A stretch of DNA of 59,765 nt, counting the filler, from Bipalium vagum (lineage: Eukaryota): NCBI GenBank assembly GCA_037834085.1. It is 3 parts of 3 records of this genome, joined end to end, with 100 filler letters (N's around TTAATTAATTAA, not from the genome) between each part and the next. Parts side by side here need not be neighbours in the genome. Positions count along the whole stretch, not along the records: positions 1 to 23,873 come from JBBMKC010205155.1; 2 more parts are not named here. One strand, given 5' to 3'. The notes beneath the pieces were generated by a model. The model saw nothing but the letters and a program-made list of their open reading frames with translations. It was not told the origin of the DNA and made no database searches. Shown here in pieces: positions 1 through 12,358 of the stretch (position 1 is the stretch's first letter; each line of letters begins with the position of its first letter). Made by a program: the position numbers and the translations under genes.

Positions 1-67
1 ATTTTATTTTATTATTTTATTATTTTATTATTTTATTATTTTATTATTTTATTATTTTATTATTATT
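1..67. repeat. (ATTTTATT)n simple tandem repeat
   Basis: 8-nt unit repeated about 8 times at the window start. Confidence 0.9.
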
Positions 68-360
68 GTTAATTTACAATTCAAAATAGTTAATTATACT
101 TATAAAATTGCAGTGTACCCAAATTAGTTATATTTGAAATTTTATATAAAAAATAAATGATATTATTTATATTATACTACTTATGATTATTAATATTAAT
201 ATTATTATATTATATTATGTTATATTCATAATAAACTTACTCTTAAAATTATAATTGCACATTTATATTCTTCATTTTATTTTTCATTTATAATGAACTT
301 ATAATTTATTCAAATATATTTGTAACTTTTCTAAACTTATATTTAGAAATTATAATATTT

Positions 361-985
361 GGGAGTAATCACAAAAGATGGGGAAAAGCGCTTCGGGCAG
401 CTCAATGGTTAGCTAGCTTTACTCAGAGTTTGCGGCTATTCCTAGACATTCTTTTCCGGTATCCTCACGAAAATAGTTCATCAAATAAACCTTTGTCGTA
501 AGTACAATGATTTGAATTGAATAAAAAGCTTAAAAGTTCTAATTGGTAAGCTGATGAGCTGCCGAGCAAATTATTCAATTTGACAAATATTCTACTGTGA
601 TTAAAACAAATTCTATAATATGTTCTTTGAAACGAACTCAAAAATTGGATTTACTACTAATCACCATTTGCATATTTTATACAAGTGATTTCAATATTTC
701 GAAGCTTATTCTCATATTTTCTTAATTGGACCGTTGTACTAAAAGCACAAAAATTGACATATCTTTCCTTAAATATCTTCCAGAATTCCAATTATTATTA
801 TATCTTTTGAAATGTATCAAAAGATTGGAGAAGACCGGACCTTTTTCAAGTACCGATTTAATCTAGTATTCAGCTCACACATATCTTGGGAAATATAAGA
901 TAACAGTAAAAGCAAGTGACATTTCTTTATCAAATGTTAAACTATTCACAAAAAGTATTTTGACGAAACATTATATGTAAAAGAA
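361..985 (-). mobile_element. Heavily decayed Penelope-like retroelement 3' part (RT thumb/linker and GIY-YIG endonuclease, pLTR-like tail)
   Basis: Minus-strand fragments TFDKEMSL, YISKDI, KIFKERYVNFCAFST, YEITC..IC and VRFKEH occur in the order typical of PLE C-termini. Many stops and frameshifts. Confidence 0.35.
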
Positions 986-3900
986 ACAAATTATAAAATA
1001 AATTGGTATTAATCAATACATTATTTATATATTTTATTTTATTGCGTACTGGGAACGTTTTGATCAATCATTCTAATATTTCTAATGTACAAAAAATATT
1101 TGAAATATAATTATTTGTTTTAATTTTATTGTGAATACAAAATTAATTTTCCTTTTAATAAAATGATGCATTATTTTTGTACATTTTTAATGAAAAATAA
1201 TTCGAAATACTTTTGCTTATATTTAATAGTATTATAAATTACTTCACTACATTTCTAGTATTTAATATAAATATAAACAAAATATTATAATATAAAATAA
1301 TTTACATAAAACATTTATGTACATTGAAAAAATAATGATATTATATTTTATTTTAATATGCTTAATTTTGAATAGGGCTGTTATCGATTAAAATTCTTTA
1401 TATTTATCTTTATGAAAATGAACGATTAATTATCAGTTAACTTTCACAATGAAAATCAAAACAGAATTATAACTAATTAACATTTATTTAAAACAACGCT
1501 GTTATTACTTACATACCATCAGAAAACCGATTACTAAAATAAACTAGCAAGTTAACGAATTAGGTTCGAGTGATGAGGTTCAAGTCTTGTTAACTTAATA
1601 TTATTTGTAGAAGCCGTTTTAAATTTTTGATATAGTCTGGATTATTTTCACGTAAGATATTAATGACGAAATGCAACTAAAGGTTTAATATTTATCACCA
1701 CCAAACAATACCGTAGCCTGGTGGAATATATTTAGAATTCTTAATCATTATAACTGCTGTGTGACTTGCAGACAATTTAGTAACATTTTTTTTAAAAAAA
1801 AAGTTAATTTAATTTGGATTAAATTCTGTTCAAGAAAAAAAAAGACTTAGATGTATCAAAACAACCCAAAACGACAGTTCCTTTACGAAGGCGCCCTTAC
1901 AACTATTTTATTTGTCGTTTAAATATCGTTTTTATCTTATGAAACATAAAAATCAATAAGAAAAAATATATTCAAAATCAAATAGAAATAAATTTGTTTA
2001 AATAAAGACTTTAGCACGTTTTGATTTAAATTAAATAAAATTATCTTTTGATATGAATTAATGAACTTAACTGGAAATTGTAAATAAATAAAATTAATTG
2101 TAAACAAATGAATAAATCTGGTAAAGATGAATTCAGGTTATTTAAACAAGATATGATTTTCGAAATAAATTTCAAATTAAAATTGCAATTATTCTGGCTA
2201 TCATATTTATTGTTAATAATAATCAATATTCAACATAAGTTTTAGAAAGCCTTCCTTTATCGATTTCACCTGAAGAAAATATTTTAATTAACACTAAAAA
2301 TCGATTTTTCTAGCGATTTTTAAAATATTCGTAATTTTGTTAATGTATTTCTTCATTTTTCTTATTGACTTTGGAATAAAAATAATAAATAATTTATTTA
2401 AAATTATTAATACGTACATCGACAAATAATATACATAACGCAATTTCCAATTCCTATTACCAGAAATAATTTCTGTTGTGGTTAGGTGCTAATTTCGATT
2501 AATTGGTTATTAATAAAAAATATATATATTAATTAATTATATGAATTAGTCTATTTTCTCATTTATTTTTTTTTAAATTACCTGTAAAATATCACTTGTA
2601 ATTTTTCGATTTCATAAAATGCAAGATTTAAAAGAATAAAAAATATATAAATTTATTGTCTTTTAAAAAAAACTAATAAATTATAAATATTAAAAAAATT
2701 TTGTAAAAAATATTAAAATCGATAATTGAAATAAATGAAATATCTAAATAATTATTTTTTTTTCATTCAGATTATAATTTGCAATTATAAAACAATTACG
2801 ATTTCTTAGAATTTTTTATATTTAATTAAAAGAAACCTTTAATATCTGTAGTCTCTGATTTATCAAAAAAATATAAATTATATTCTTAAAATATCACTAG
2901 AAAAATAATTTCATTTTTATTTTTTTTTATAAATTATTAAATCTAAAATATTTTTTCTTAATATATATATGTAGATATATTACATAAATTTCAATTCTTT
3001 ATAAATAAATTGCTCATAATCAATAATTATAATTAATATTATTTATTTATTTATTGTTATTATTGTTATTATTTTTTTATTAAATTTTAATATTATCTAA
3101 AGATGAATTATATAACTGAAATATAAAAGAAACATAATGCTCGTATATAATACGTTATAAAAACCAAATATAAATGTTGCCGATTTTAATATATCTCTTA
3201 ATGTATAATAGATAAAGTACATGTTAAATGAATTTATTTATATTTATATTTCAAAATTTTCTAAAAAAATGAGATTTAATAAGAGAAACGGTAAAATATT
3301 AATGTTAATTAAATTGGACAATAATAAAAGTTTTTGTAAAATATAAGTATATATTATATTATATTGTATTATAAGTATATATATTTTATTATAAATATAT
3401 AAAATGTTTTATTATTTTTTATTGAACATACCGGTGACTTATTACTGAATTGATTATTTATATTTATCTAAAGAAAGATAAACCTATAAGATAAATTGAT
3501 ATCGGAAAATAGTTTTCTCTAATAAATTTTTATTAAATAAATAAATAAAATTATTTAAAATTTATTTTTTTACAATTTACAATCTGAATTGAAAAATCGG
3601 AGGATTTGTATAATTTTATAAATCATTTAATGTAGATTAATATGACACTTTAATGTAAATTAAAATCCTAATACCATTAAAATAATAAAAAAAATCCTAT
3701 CATTTTTAATTTAATATTTTAATAAATTTCAACATTATCCACAGTTTTATTTATGGTAATTATGTGAATAAAATTTTTAAAAAATTAAATAAATTTTTCA
3801 AATTATTCAAAGAAAAATTAATAAATTATTAAAAATATTTTTATATATTTCAATGCTGTCATAAAATATATTTCCTTTGGAACGTATTATTTTCCTATTT

Positions 3901-4199
3901 TACAGATCATTATTTATTGTTGAATGGTAAAAATTTACTTATGGTTGTCATATAAAATAGCATCAGGTTTTATGAACCATAATTTATTATACTTCACAAG
4001 AATTGAATGTTAAGAATAATAGAATATTATTTAATAAATTATTGTTTAAATAAAAGATTAGGGAAATACAAATTTCCAATCTATCAATCAAACAGTTAAA
4101 CAAATTTCATCATTTATAATAAAAAAATATTTTTAAAATTAGTTTTTCATTTTAATAAAATTGTAATATTTTCATTTTAAACAGTGCAATAAAGTTGCA

Positions 4200-4900
4200 A
4201 TAGTGTTCTCACAATTCAATACATTTAGTCCAGTTTTTTTCCAATAATTCTGTTATGCATGAAGTGCATCCTCGGAAAAAGTGATTTAGGTTTCTGAAAA
4301 GAAAGATGTCTCTTGGAGCCAAATTTGGCGTATAACGTTGTTGTTTTAGTAAATAATAATTTATTCCTTTGATTTTTCCAATTCGCAAAATACTTGTGAG
4401 ACCACATCTATTTTTTAAATTAAAAACAATGTTTTTCCTTTAGTAAATAGGATCTTTTTCATCTTTGGTGTACAGAAAGGATTCCAATAAATTTTTTATC
4501 ATTAGTTTTTTCTTCAGGTTCTTTGGAAATGAAAACCAGCTTTAATCTGCTGTATGTGTTCTCGTTTCAGTTTAAGATTATGGTGATAAGACATGTTTTG
4601 TCTATAGTTATAAATGACGCATAAAATCAATTTTATTTTTGTTAAAAAGATCAAAATCTTATTCACAAAGCTGCATCCTAAAAAGCTTTTGTTGAATTGG
4701 TAAAGAATGCGGTACTCCTTTTCCAACTACTTGTCCCATAATCAAAACTTTTAAAATATGATCGACTAGTTTATCTGACATGATCAAGGTCTCGGAATGT
4801 TCACATCATTCTCTCGAACACTTCTCTCCTGGAAATTGCACCATATAGAAATCTGCTCATTTTAACGTTTTATGAATTGATCCTTTGACTACTCTTTTTT
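4200..4900 (-). mobile_element. Decayed mariner transposase (irritans/Himar1-like)
   Basis: Minus-strand fragments GKGVPHSLPIQQKLFRMQLCE (WVPHxL motif), IDFMRH..TIDKT, YTPNLAPRD (YSPDLAPxD) and WTKCIEL*EHY. Confidence 0.6.
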
Positions 4901-5559
4901 TCTTGTGTAGTGGTTTTAAATATCCATAATCACCATAAGTCCCCATTAATAAATTTCCATTTGTGTTTCATATGTATGAAGCAACAGCTTGTTGCTTTTC
5001 TACCTACGAGTGTACCTGGTTTAATATAATATTTTTTGATAAGATGTATAAAGATTATTTTGTTATTTTTTATATATTTTTCAGAGAAATATTTCTATAT
5101 TTAAAAAAATCATTATTGAGAGAAACAAAGAAGGAAAACTTTATTAAACAGAAAATAAATAATAAAATGACATTATTTATTTACATAATGTTTACTCTGC
5201 AGACAGGTCTCAGTATAAATCAATAAAAAAAATTTTAAGTTTTCGTACAGCATTCGAAGTTAATAAAAAGCATTTATTTTAAAAAATCTATAAAAAATTT
5301 ACTCTCACATGAAAATAAAATTTTTTGAAAGCGGTTAAAATAATTAAGACCAATTTAATATGTGATTCTTAAATAACATCTTACCTGTTTTTTCATGCTT
5401 TTTCTGGACCCTATGTGTATTTTAAGCTACTAATCCTTACCAAGCTACCAGCTTATTAAATTTTCTAGACCTGCTCAAATTTGAGTTATCTTTCTGCAGT
5501 GAACATTAGAAGTCCATAAAGCTACCGGCGTCTAACCAAAAAATGGTAGTTGTTTTAAA

Positions 5560-6130
5560 TGTTATGCTCTAAGATTTTATAGATGAAAAAACAAATCTCG
5601 AAAGACATTACTGATAAGATGATAATGAAAAGCATATGTCTTTCATTTCAAACTATTGATACATGGAACAAGCATTGAAGATTACCTATCATATTTTTTG
5701 ATTTAAAAATGGATAAAAAAGATTCTAAAGTGGATTTGTGGTATATATCTGATACGAAACCCATGTCAACAGTTAAAATATCATATGAAAATTTTTCTGG
5801 AAAGGATATTGCATTGCTCAACAATAGGGTAAAATCTACTTTAAAGAAAATTCTTATATTTTAAATGATGCATAAATAAAACTGAAAAAGTTTATCTGGA
5901 CTGAAGCTAGACGCCTCATGACAACATCCAATCTCATGACACAAAAATCATTCATTTTAATCATTAAATATGACTCGGTAGGATTAACACTTGTTTCGAT
6001 CAATGGTATATAGTTTATCGAACAAATGTTCAAGAATTAAGAAGCTGTCAGAAATTAATATATGATTGGATAACCTCGAAAAAGTCAATTCTCCATTGAT
6101 GGAATTCATAATATGGCAAAATTTTGTTAT
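5560..6130 (+). mobile_element. Decayed mariner transposase
   Basis: Fragments NFSGKDIAL, HDNIQSH (HDNARPH) and WITSKK...DGIHNM. Confidence 0.4.
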
Positions 6131-8049
6131 TAATCACTGTAATTATTTTTAATATACAAATAACAACGGAATCACACTTAGACATCTGATTTTAAGAAAT
6201 AATACTTAAATTTATTAATAAAAATTGTCCTAAAAATTATCTTAATCTTCCCTCCATGCTTATCAATTAAGATTTTGTTTATTATTATGTATGTCCGGCA
6301 AATATAGACTGGTCCGATTTTGGATAGCGAATTTGATGAGAAATTGAAATTTACATTACCTGTATAATTCTTTCACTATAAAACTAAGCTAATTTAAAAT
6401 ATCATATTATGTTGTCAAGGTAAAATTAGGTGTTTTAATTAATTCCAACGTTGATAATAAAGAGCGCTATTTACAAATTAATATATTCTTGAAAAGTAAA
6501 ACTTAAACTATGTTACATATTTATCGTATTTAATTAAAAATAAAAACAAAAATGGAATTTTCGATCTATTTTTAGCAAATTTCAGTTGAAAAATACAGAA
6601 CGCGTTAAACAATACGTTCGATTATTTGAAAGAAAATATTTTCCTTTTTTCAATCCTCATTTTAAACTGATTTTGTTAAATATCATATAAAAATAGTGCA
6701 GAAATTTTCTTCATTTAACATTCGTTAATTTTCAGATTTAAAATATATTAAAAGAATAAAATAAAAATGATTCGATTTCATCTTTTATTCCTTTGAATTT
6801 AAAGTTAATATAAACATCAAAAGATCAAAGTTACTCAAAATTAATATAGTTATACTTCATCATAATAAGAAAATTAAATTTTCCATTTCAAAATTATTTT
6901 AATTAAAGATGATTTTATAATACGTAAAAACTTTTGTGATAATATTTTTTTACCTTTTTAAAATATTGACTTTTTATTTTATCTTGGGAGTGGATTTTCC
7001 TTTAACGAGTATTATCGTTTTATTTTAATTATTACCCATTTTAACATTTCCTCACTGTTGTGGCGAATGCTTAAAATAAATATCAAATATCAAACACTTT
7101 TTTTTTAATTTACAAAATTATTTTTATATTTATAAATTTCAATCTTCTTTTATATATATTTATAATTATTAAACATATGTATAAAGAAGGTGGAAATTAT
7201 AATTATAATTAATCCTTTATAATATTATTTATTTTTTTTAATAAAATTTCATTTTAATTTTATATTAATTTTTCATTTTTTCATAATAAATTAATAATTT
7301 TAATTTTTTGTTTAAATTGAAAATCTTTGGCAAACAGTTAAAACAAAATTTAAAAATTTTTTTTAATAATGATTTCAATAAGATTACAGTTTCATATGAA
7401 TCTTGTAAAGTTTTGTAGAAATATTTTTTATGGACTCTTCAGCTAAAAATAAAATTAGAAACATTTTTTAGGATTCCGATGAATTAAAAGAAAATCCATG
7501 AACTCGTATTAGTTTTTGGATCATTTAATTAATCTTATTTACTTGAATTATCAGTGTCATACTTTTAGCAGTAAAAGTGATTTTGGGGGAAAATATTTCT
7601 AAAAATATACTTTTATAATTAAATCAAAGTTCAGAAACAAAAAATGTTATTCCAGATTCAGGTTTGACAAATAATACATCTCAATATGAAAATTAAGTTT
7701 TAGCAATTATCTTTGTTTTACTTTTTGTTTACCATAATCTTCCTATTAAACAATTAAAGACTTAAACTAAAGAATTTTCTCAAATTCTAGAATAAAGTTA
7801 ATTTGAGGACTACTTTTCTTGGACAAATATCAGTAAAGAGAAATCTAGCAAACGAGGATGAATTATTTTTAGTATCAATAAATGGATAAGAATTCCATTT
7901 AATCCATGTCAAGCTGTAATTGGTAGAAAGATTACGAACAAAACATCCATATGATTTTGTACTAAATTTATATGTTAGAAATTTTCATGTGAAACAGTCA
8001 ACCCACAGTTATTAAAATCGAACTGAATTAAGAACAAACAACAAATATT

Positions 8050-8500
8050 TATTCAATGAAGTAGTCTCCATTTGAATCAATTTTTTGCTACTTATTTTTA
8101 CTGACTGAAAGATCTAGAATTCAAAAATGGCAGATTCTTAGTTGATGTTTTGGTTTGGTAGGGGTAAGAGAAGTTTCAGATTTCTTCAACTAGTATCTTC
8201 CTCGATTGCGACTATCATAAATGATTTTTTTTTCATTGGGCATTATTTTGAGATTTCAAATATCTGATCAAAATTAAAATGTGAAGCTTATTTTATCTTA
8301 TTAGTGCAAAAATGTAAGGGTTTCAGAAACCAGTCCAAAATTGTATTATGTTTGTTGGAAAATCCCATAATGAAATGTACTTTCAGATTTTTCTTAGAAA
8401 ATTTTTTCCTAACAATTTTTTCCTTTCAAGTTGCATTGGATTCTAAGATCACTTAGAAGTAGAATTCATTCAGCACAAATATTCATAAAACATTTTAGTT
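8050..8500 (-). mobile_element. Decayed mariner fragment
   Basis: Minus-strand IYDSRNRGRY..KSETSLTPTKP and terminal DSNGDYFI. Confidence 0.35.
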
Positions 8501-8644
8501 CCTAAGAAACTAAAAGATATTTATTTAAGTCAGTTAGTTGACGTTTTTAATATGATCCTTAAGGGTAATAAAAATTTATTTTCGAAAACCTGAAAATCTA
8601 TGATGAAATATGGATTGATTATAATACGGATCAGGGTAAAATAA

Positions 8645-9123
8645 TAATGATCAGGCTCGGTAATTCAACCCAAACAAAATCAAAAACTTAGTTTTGCTAA
8701 AAATATTATATTATCAGCATGGTTGGTTTACTTTGGCATACCATTGTTATCGAGGTCTTATTACCCAACCGAGCAAATGATTTCAATCTATACTACCAGT
8801 AACTACCAAAATTAAACAATTGCTTGCAGAAGACGCGTCCAGAGTTGTCAGTCAGATTCTATCACATCCATAATCCACTCGTGAAATTTCACCAACATCT
8901 CCGTTTCTTTCTATGCAATACTATTTTAACTCTCGATACAAAAGAAATAAATAAGATTTTATTGGTGGACAAACACAAACTTTTACATACATGGAATAAT
9001 GAAATTACCGGAGTGGTGGCAAATTATTGCTAATCAGCAATGGTGAATATAAGTCATAAAATTGTTTCTTTACACAAAACACTTTTTATAATACAAAAAT
9101 TACGATTATCTGGGAAACCCTGT
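8645..9123 (+). mobile_element. Decayed, internally deleted mariner 3' half with TIR-like end
   Basis: AKNIILSAW, EVLLPNRANDFNLYYQ*LPKLNNCLQKTRPEL and HGIMKLPEWWQII; ends ...GGGAAACCCTG-TA. Confidence 0.55.
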
Positions 9124-9244
9124 ATATATGATAAAATGAAGTCCAATGTTTTATTATTATTATTATTATTATCATTGTTAATAATATATTATTTATTATT
9201 AATAATATGAGCAGATCATAAAATCATATTGTTTCATGCAAAAA

Positions 9245-9545
9245 ATGTCAAGAAAGTTGAATATCACAAGATCTCACCTGATATTGGACCAGCCAGCCCA
9301 GAAAATCTGTCAATTGCACAAGGTCCAAGGGACAATTGACCTGGAGCAATTTTCACAAACATTGACAGCTCATTAAATTGGTTCAACAAGAAAATCGAAC
9401 AGCAATTACGGATTTTGAAAGACATCAATATTTCAAAACGGTCTATTTGGAACTTTTCATGTAAAGGTCGACAAAAAATTCTCAATGTGTCCTTCACATT
9501 TTCATAACAGAAATGTAAGCGGTCAAGTGACATGTGGCCTATACC
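9245..9545 (+). mobile_element. Decayed mariner N-terminal (HTH) fragment
   Basis: LVQQENRTAIT, DINISKRSIW and SQCVLHIFITEM (resembling SKWVPHxLT). The antisense strand is exon-like (see findings). Confidence 0.4.
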
Positions 9546-10584
9546 TGTAAAACAAAATAAATATATTGTTGTACAAATATATTTTAATAAATAAATAAAA
9601 TAAATAAGTTTTTTCAAATTTTAAGATTTTCTTATTTAGCTGGTATAATTGACATCAAATATTAAATTCGTTTTCGTATTTTATAAATTATTAATTGCTA
9701 ATATATAGTTTTTTAATAAAATATTAATTTACAAATTATTTTCAGTAAATAAAATTTATCAATATCTAATTTTGTGATATTATTGGGAAAAATAGGAAAC
9801 GAGACAATGATTATTGATTAGGCTAATAACAAAATTATATGGTAAATGCAAAAATTTTATGAACCACAAAACAAAAATAATTATATTTCTGAATTAAATT
9901 TGACTTTTTATTGTTTTATGGAAAAATCAATAATTTCAGATTTGAAATCTCCGAAATAGAGTCAATCAATTTTTTTTTCTTTCACAGAAAAATAATAAAA
10001 TTAAAAATAGAAAAAACAAAATAATTTTTATTTGGTCTCAGTCAGCTTCCTGGTATTATTATTCTTTCTTTTCGACAAAATATATTTTTAATTAATAATT
10101 AATAATTTATTTTTATAATAAGACTGTCCAAGAAGGATTGACAGATATCAAATCTCCTTTTATTAAAAAGTTCTAATTTTTTGTTTTACGCATGCAAATC
10201 TGATATAATATTACTATGAAATATAAATCAAAATTATTTATTTTATATTTCATCAAAGGTTATATTATAAAATATTATTATTTTTAATTATTATTTTATC
10301 TGTTTCTCTTTCAACAAGTCTAACAGAAATTAATTTAAGGAAGGATATTTAACAGAAAACTTTACAATATTATTGAAAAAAATAATAATATTATTAATAA
10401 TAATAAAGATTTCTAAAAAATATTTATGTAATGCAAGAAAAAGATTTTCATGAGAATGTTTCATTTTCCGAAACAATCAGCTACATTTGGAGTATATACT
10501 CTTGCGTCTTATCATTAATTTTAGTTATAAAATTAATTTGTGAGTGAAAATAATTATTTTTCTATTCTGAATTTAAACAAAACA

Positions 10585-10760
10585 ATCAACTAAAGTTAAA
10601 GACATTCTTCTTCCGGCAAGAAACCTCATAAAATATATAAATTCATTTTTTAAATCATAGTACTTTTTAATGTTAACTGGTATTATAAAGCACTTCATAT
10701 CTCCAAAATTTCTGGTAGATGCTCTGTAATTGATAAATATTATACAAAGCTTTAGGTGCA
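10585..10760 (-). mobile_element. Possible BEL/Pao pol relic
   Basis: YQKFWRYE...KVL*FKK*IYIFYEVSCRKK resembles the BEL/Pao 'KFW.LE...F...I...RYEVSLPWK' segment. Confidence 0.3.
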
Positions 10761-10909
10761 ATATTATTAATTGTTTTATTAAAATTGCTTAGATACTAAC
10801 ACAGTTTAAAAAAATTAATTTTCTTTTCATTCTTGACTAATTATCGTTAGGCTGTTGTTCCAAATACTGTATCAAACATTTGCATGTATTTTTGTATTTT
10901 GTATTTGCA

Positions 10910-11131
10910 TGTTTCACTTCTGAGGAAGAGTTGAAAAATGGCATGTTGGAGTTCTTCGCCTCGGAATCACCAGAGTGGTACCGTCGTGGCATTGAACAAT
11001 TGACTCAAATGTGGCTCCAAGTAACTGAAAATGATGGATTGTACTTTGAGGAATGATTGTAATTTTTTTTGTTATTCTTGTAATTGAATATATTGAATAA
11101 AAACGCTAATGACTTTTGACTCAACCTGGTA
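10910..11131 (+). mobile_element. Mariner C-terminus and 3' TIR
   Basis: FTSEEELKNGMLEFFASESPEWYRRGIEQLTQMWLQVTENDGLYFEE*, then AAAACGCTAATGACTTTTGACTCAACCTGG-TA. Confidence 0.8.
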
Positions 11132-11389
11132 ATGATTCTAATTGAGGATTTTTTCATTTATTTTTATATCTGAAGATCATTATCTTCATTTTCACTTCAT
11201 TCCATGTCCTTGTAATAAATATAATAAATTAAACTATTATGGTTTGAGTATTGATCTATTAATTGATCTAACCAAAACTAAATATAAAAAGATCTTTATT
11301 TTATGTTTATTGATTTCATTATTCACGTATCTAATGATTGAAGTCTTAATATAAAATTTTAATACATTTAAAGCAAAAAAAATTAGATG

Positions 11390-11990
11390 TATGATAGGTC
11401 GCATTATCCATTATTATCTTTCAGTTTTTTTCTTCCATAAATCTGTTTCTTAGCTATAGTTTTACTTGATTCCAAGTGGTAAGAGACTGGTTTCACCGAT
11501 ATTATAAATTTCGTTTACTGAGTAACGTGATAATATTTGATGTAGAATTGACAAATTTATTTCAATGATACTCTGATTAAAAGAATAGGACTAATATAGT
11601 TCGTTTCTTTATATCAGGACATTTTATAAATTCTCTTGTTATTTTTTCTGATTCGGACAGTAGGTTTTCAATATTTGCAAATCTTGTTGTTTGTTCTATC
11701 AATATAGCCTTAGTAATTATTATCTTTGTTTCATTTTTAACAATCCAGTAATACAATTTTTATTCATCTAACTTGAATGTTTTATTGCTGCACCTTTTCT
11801 TTTGTATCGAAGATTTCTCAGCATTTTCCAATACATTTTCTGCACATTTCAAAATTGTTGAAGTTGCTGTTCTGTCAATTGTTTTTAGGAATTCCTTAGA
11901 TACCTACTTGATCAAATCTTCTTGTGTATTCTTCAACTGTTTCACAAACCTGGTTTTTTTAAAACTGTTTGAGAAAGCATTTATTCTGAG
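11390..11990 (-). mobile_element. Decayed pogo/Tigger (CENP-B-like) transposase
   Basis: NTQEDLIK*VSKEFLKTIDRTATSTILK (HTH), LYYWIVKM..IITKAILIEQTTRFAN (CENP-B HTH), YSVNEIYNIGETSL (resembling NADETGL) and KIIMDNATYH. Confidence 0.55.
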
Positions 11991-12358
11991 ATTTTTTTAA
12001 ATGTAAAATATGCTAAACCTTTTTTTATTTAAATAAAAAATTAACTTAAAAATTTTTAAATTTCAAAATCACCTTATAATTGTAAAGTTATAAATTCTTT
12101 TGGAACTAGAAAAAATCGTGAAATTATAAATTTTGTGAAGTTTTTGATGATAAAGCTATAGTTGAATTAATAATTATTATGTAAATTATGTTTTTAAAGT
12201 GATACTTAATCTTTCAGATATTATTCACAAAGTCATTTATTAACATTGAAAAATCAAAACTGGATCTAAATTATTTTATTTATTAAGTTTCACAAAAAAT
12301 TATTGGATATACAAAGTGGGCTCGATAAATTGAAAAAAGATTTAAAAATTAATAGTTA

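Noticed and set aside
1549-1596. AAGTTAAC...GTGATGA...GTTAACTT, a possible C/D snoRNA or pre-miRNA
   Set aside because: There is no box D (CTGA) before the closing stem, and the interior pairs poorly.
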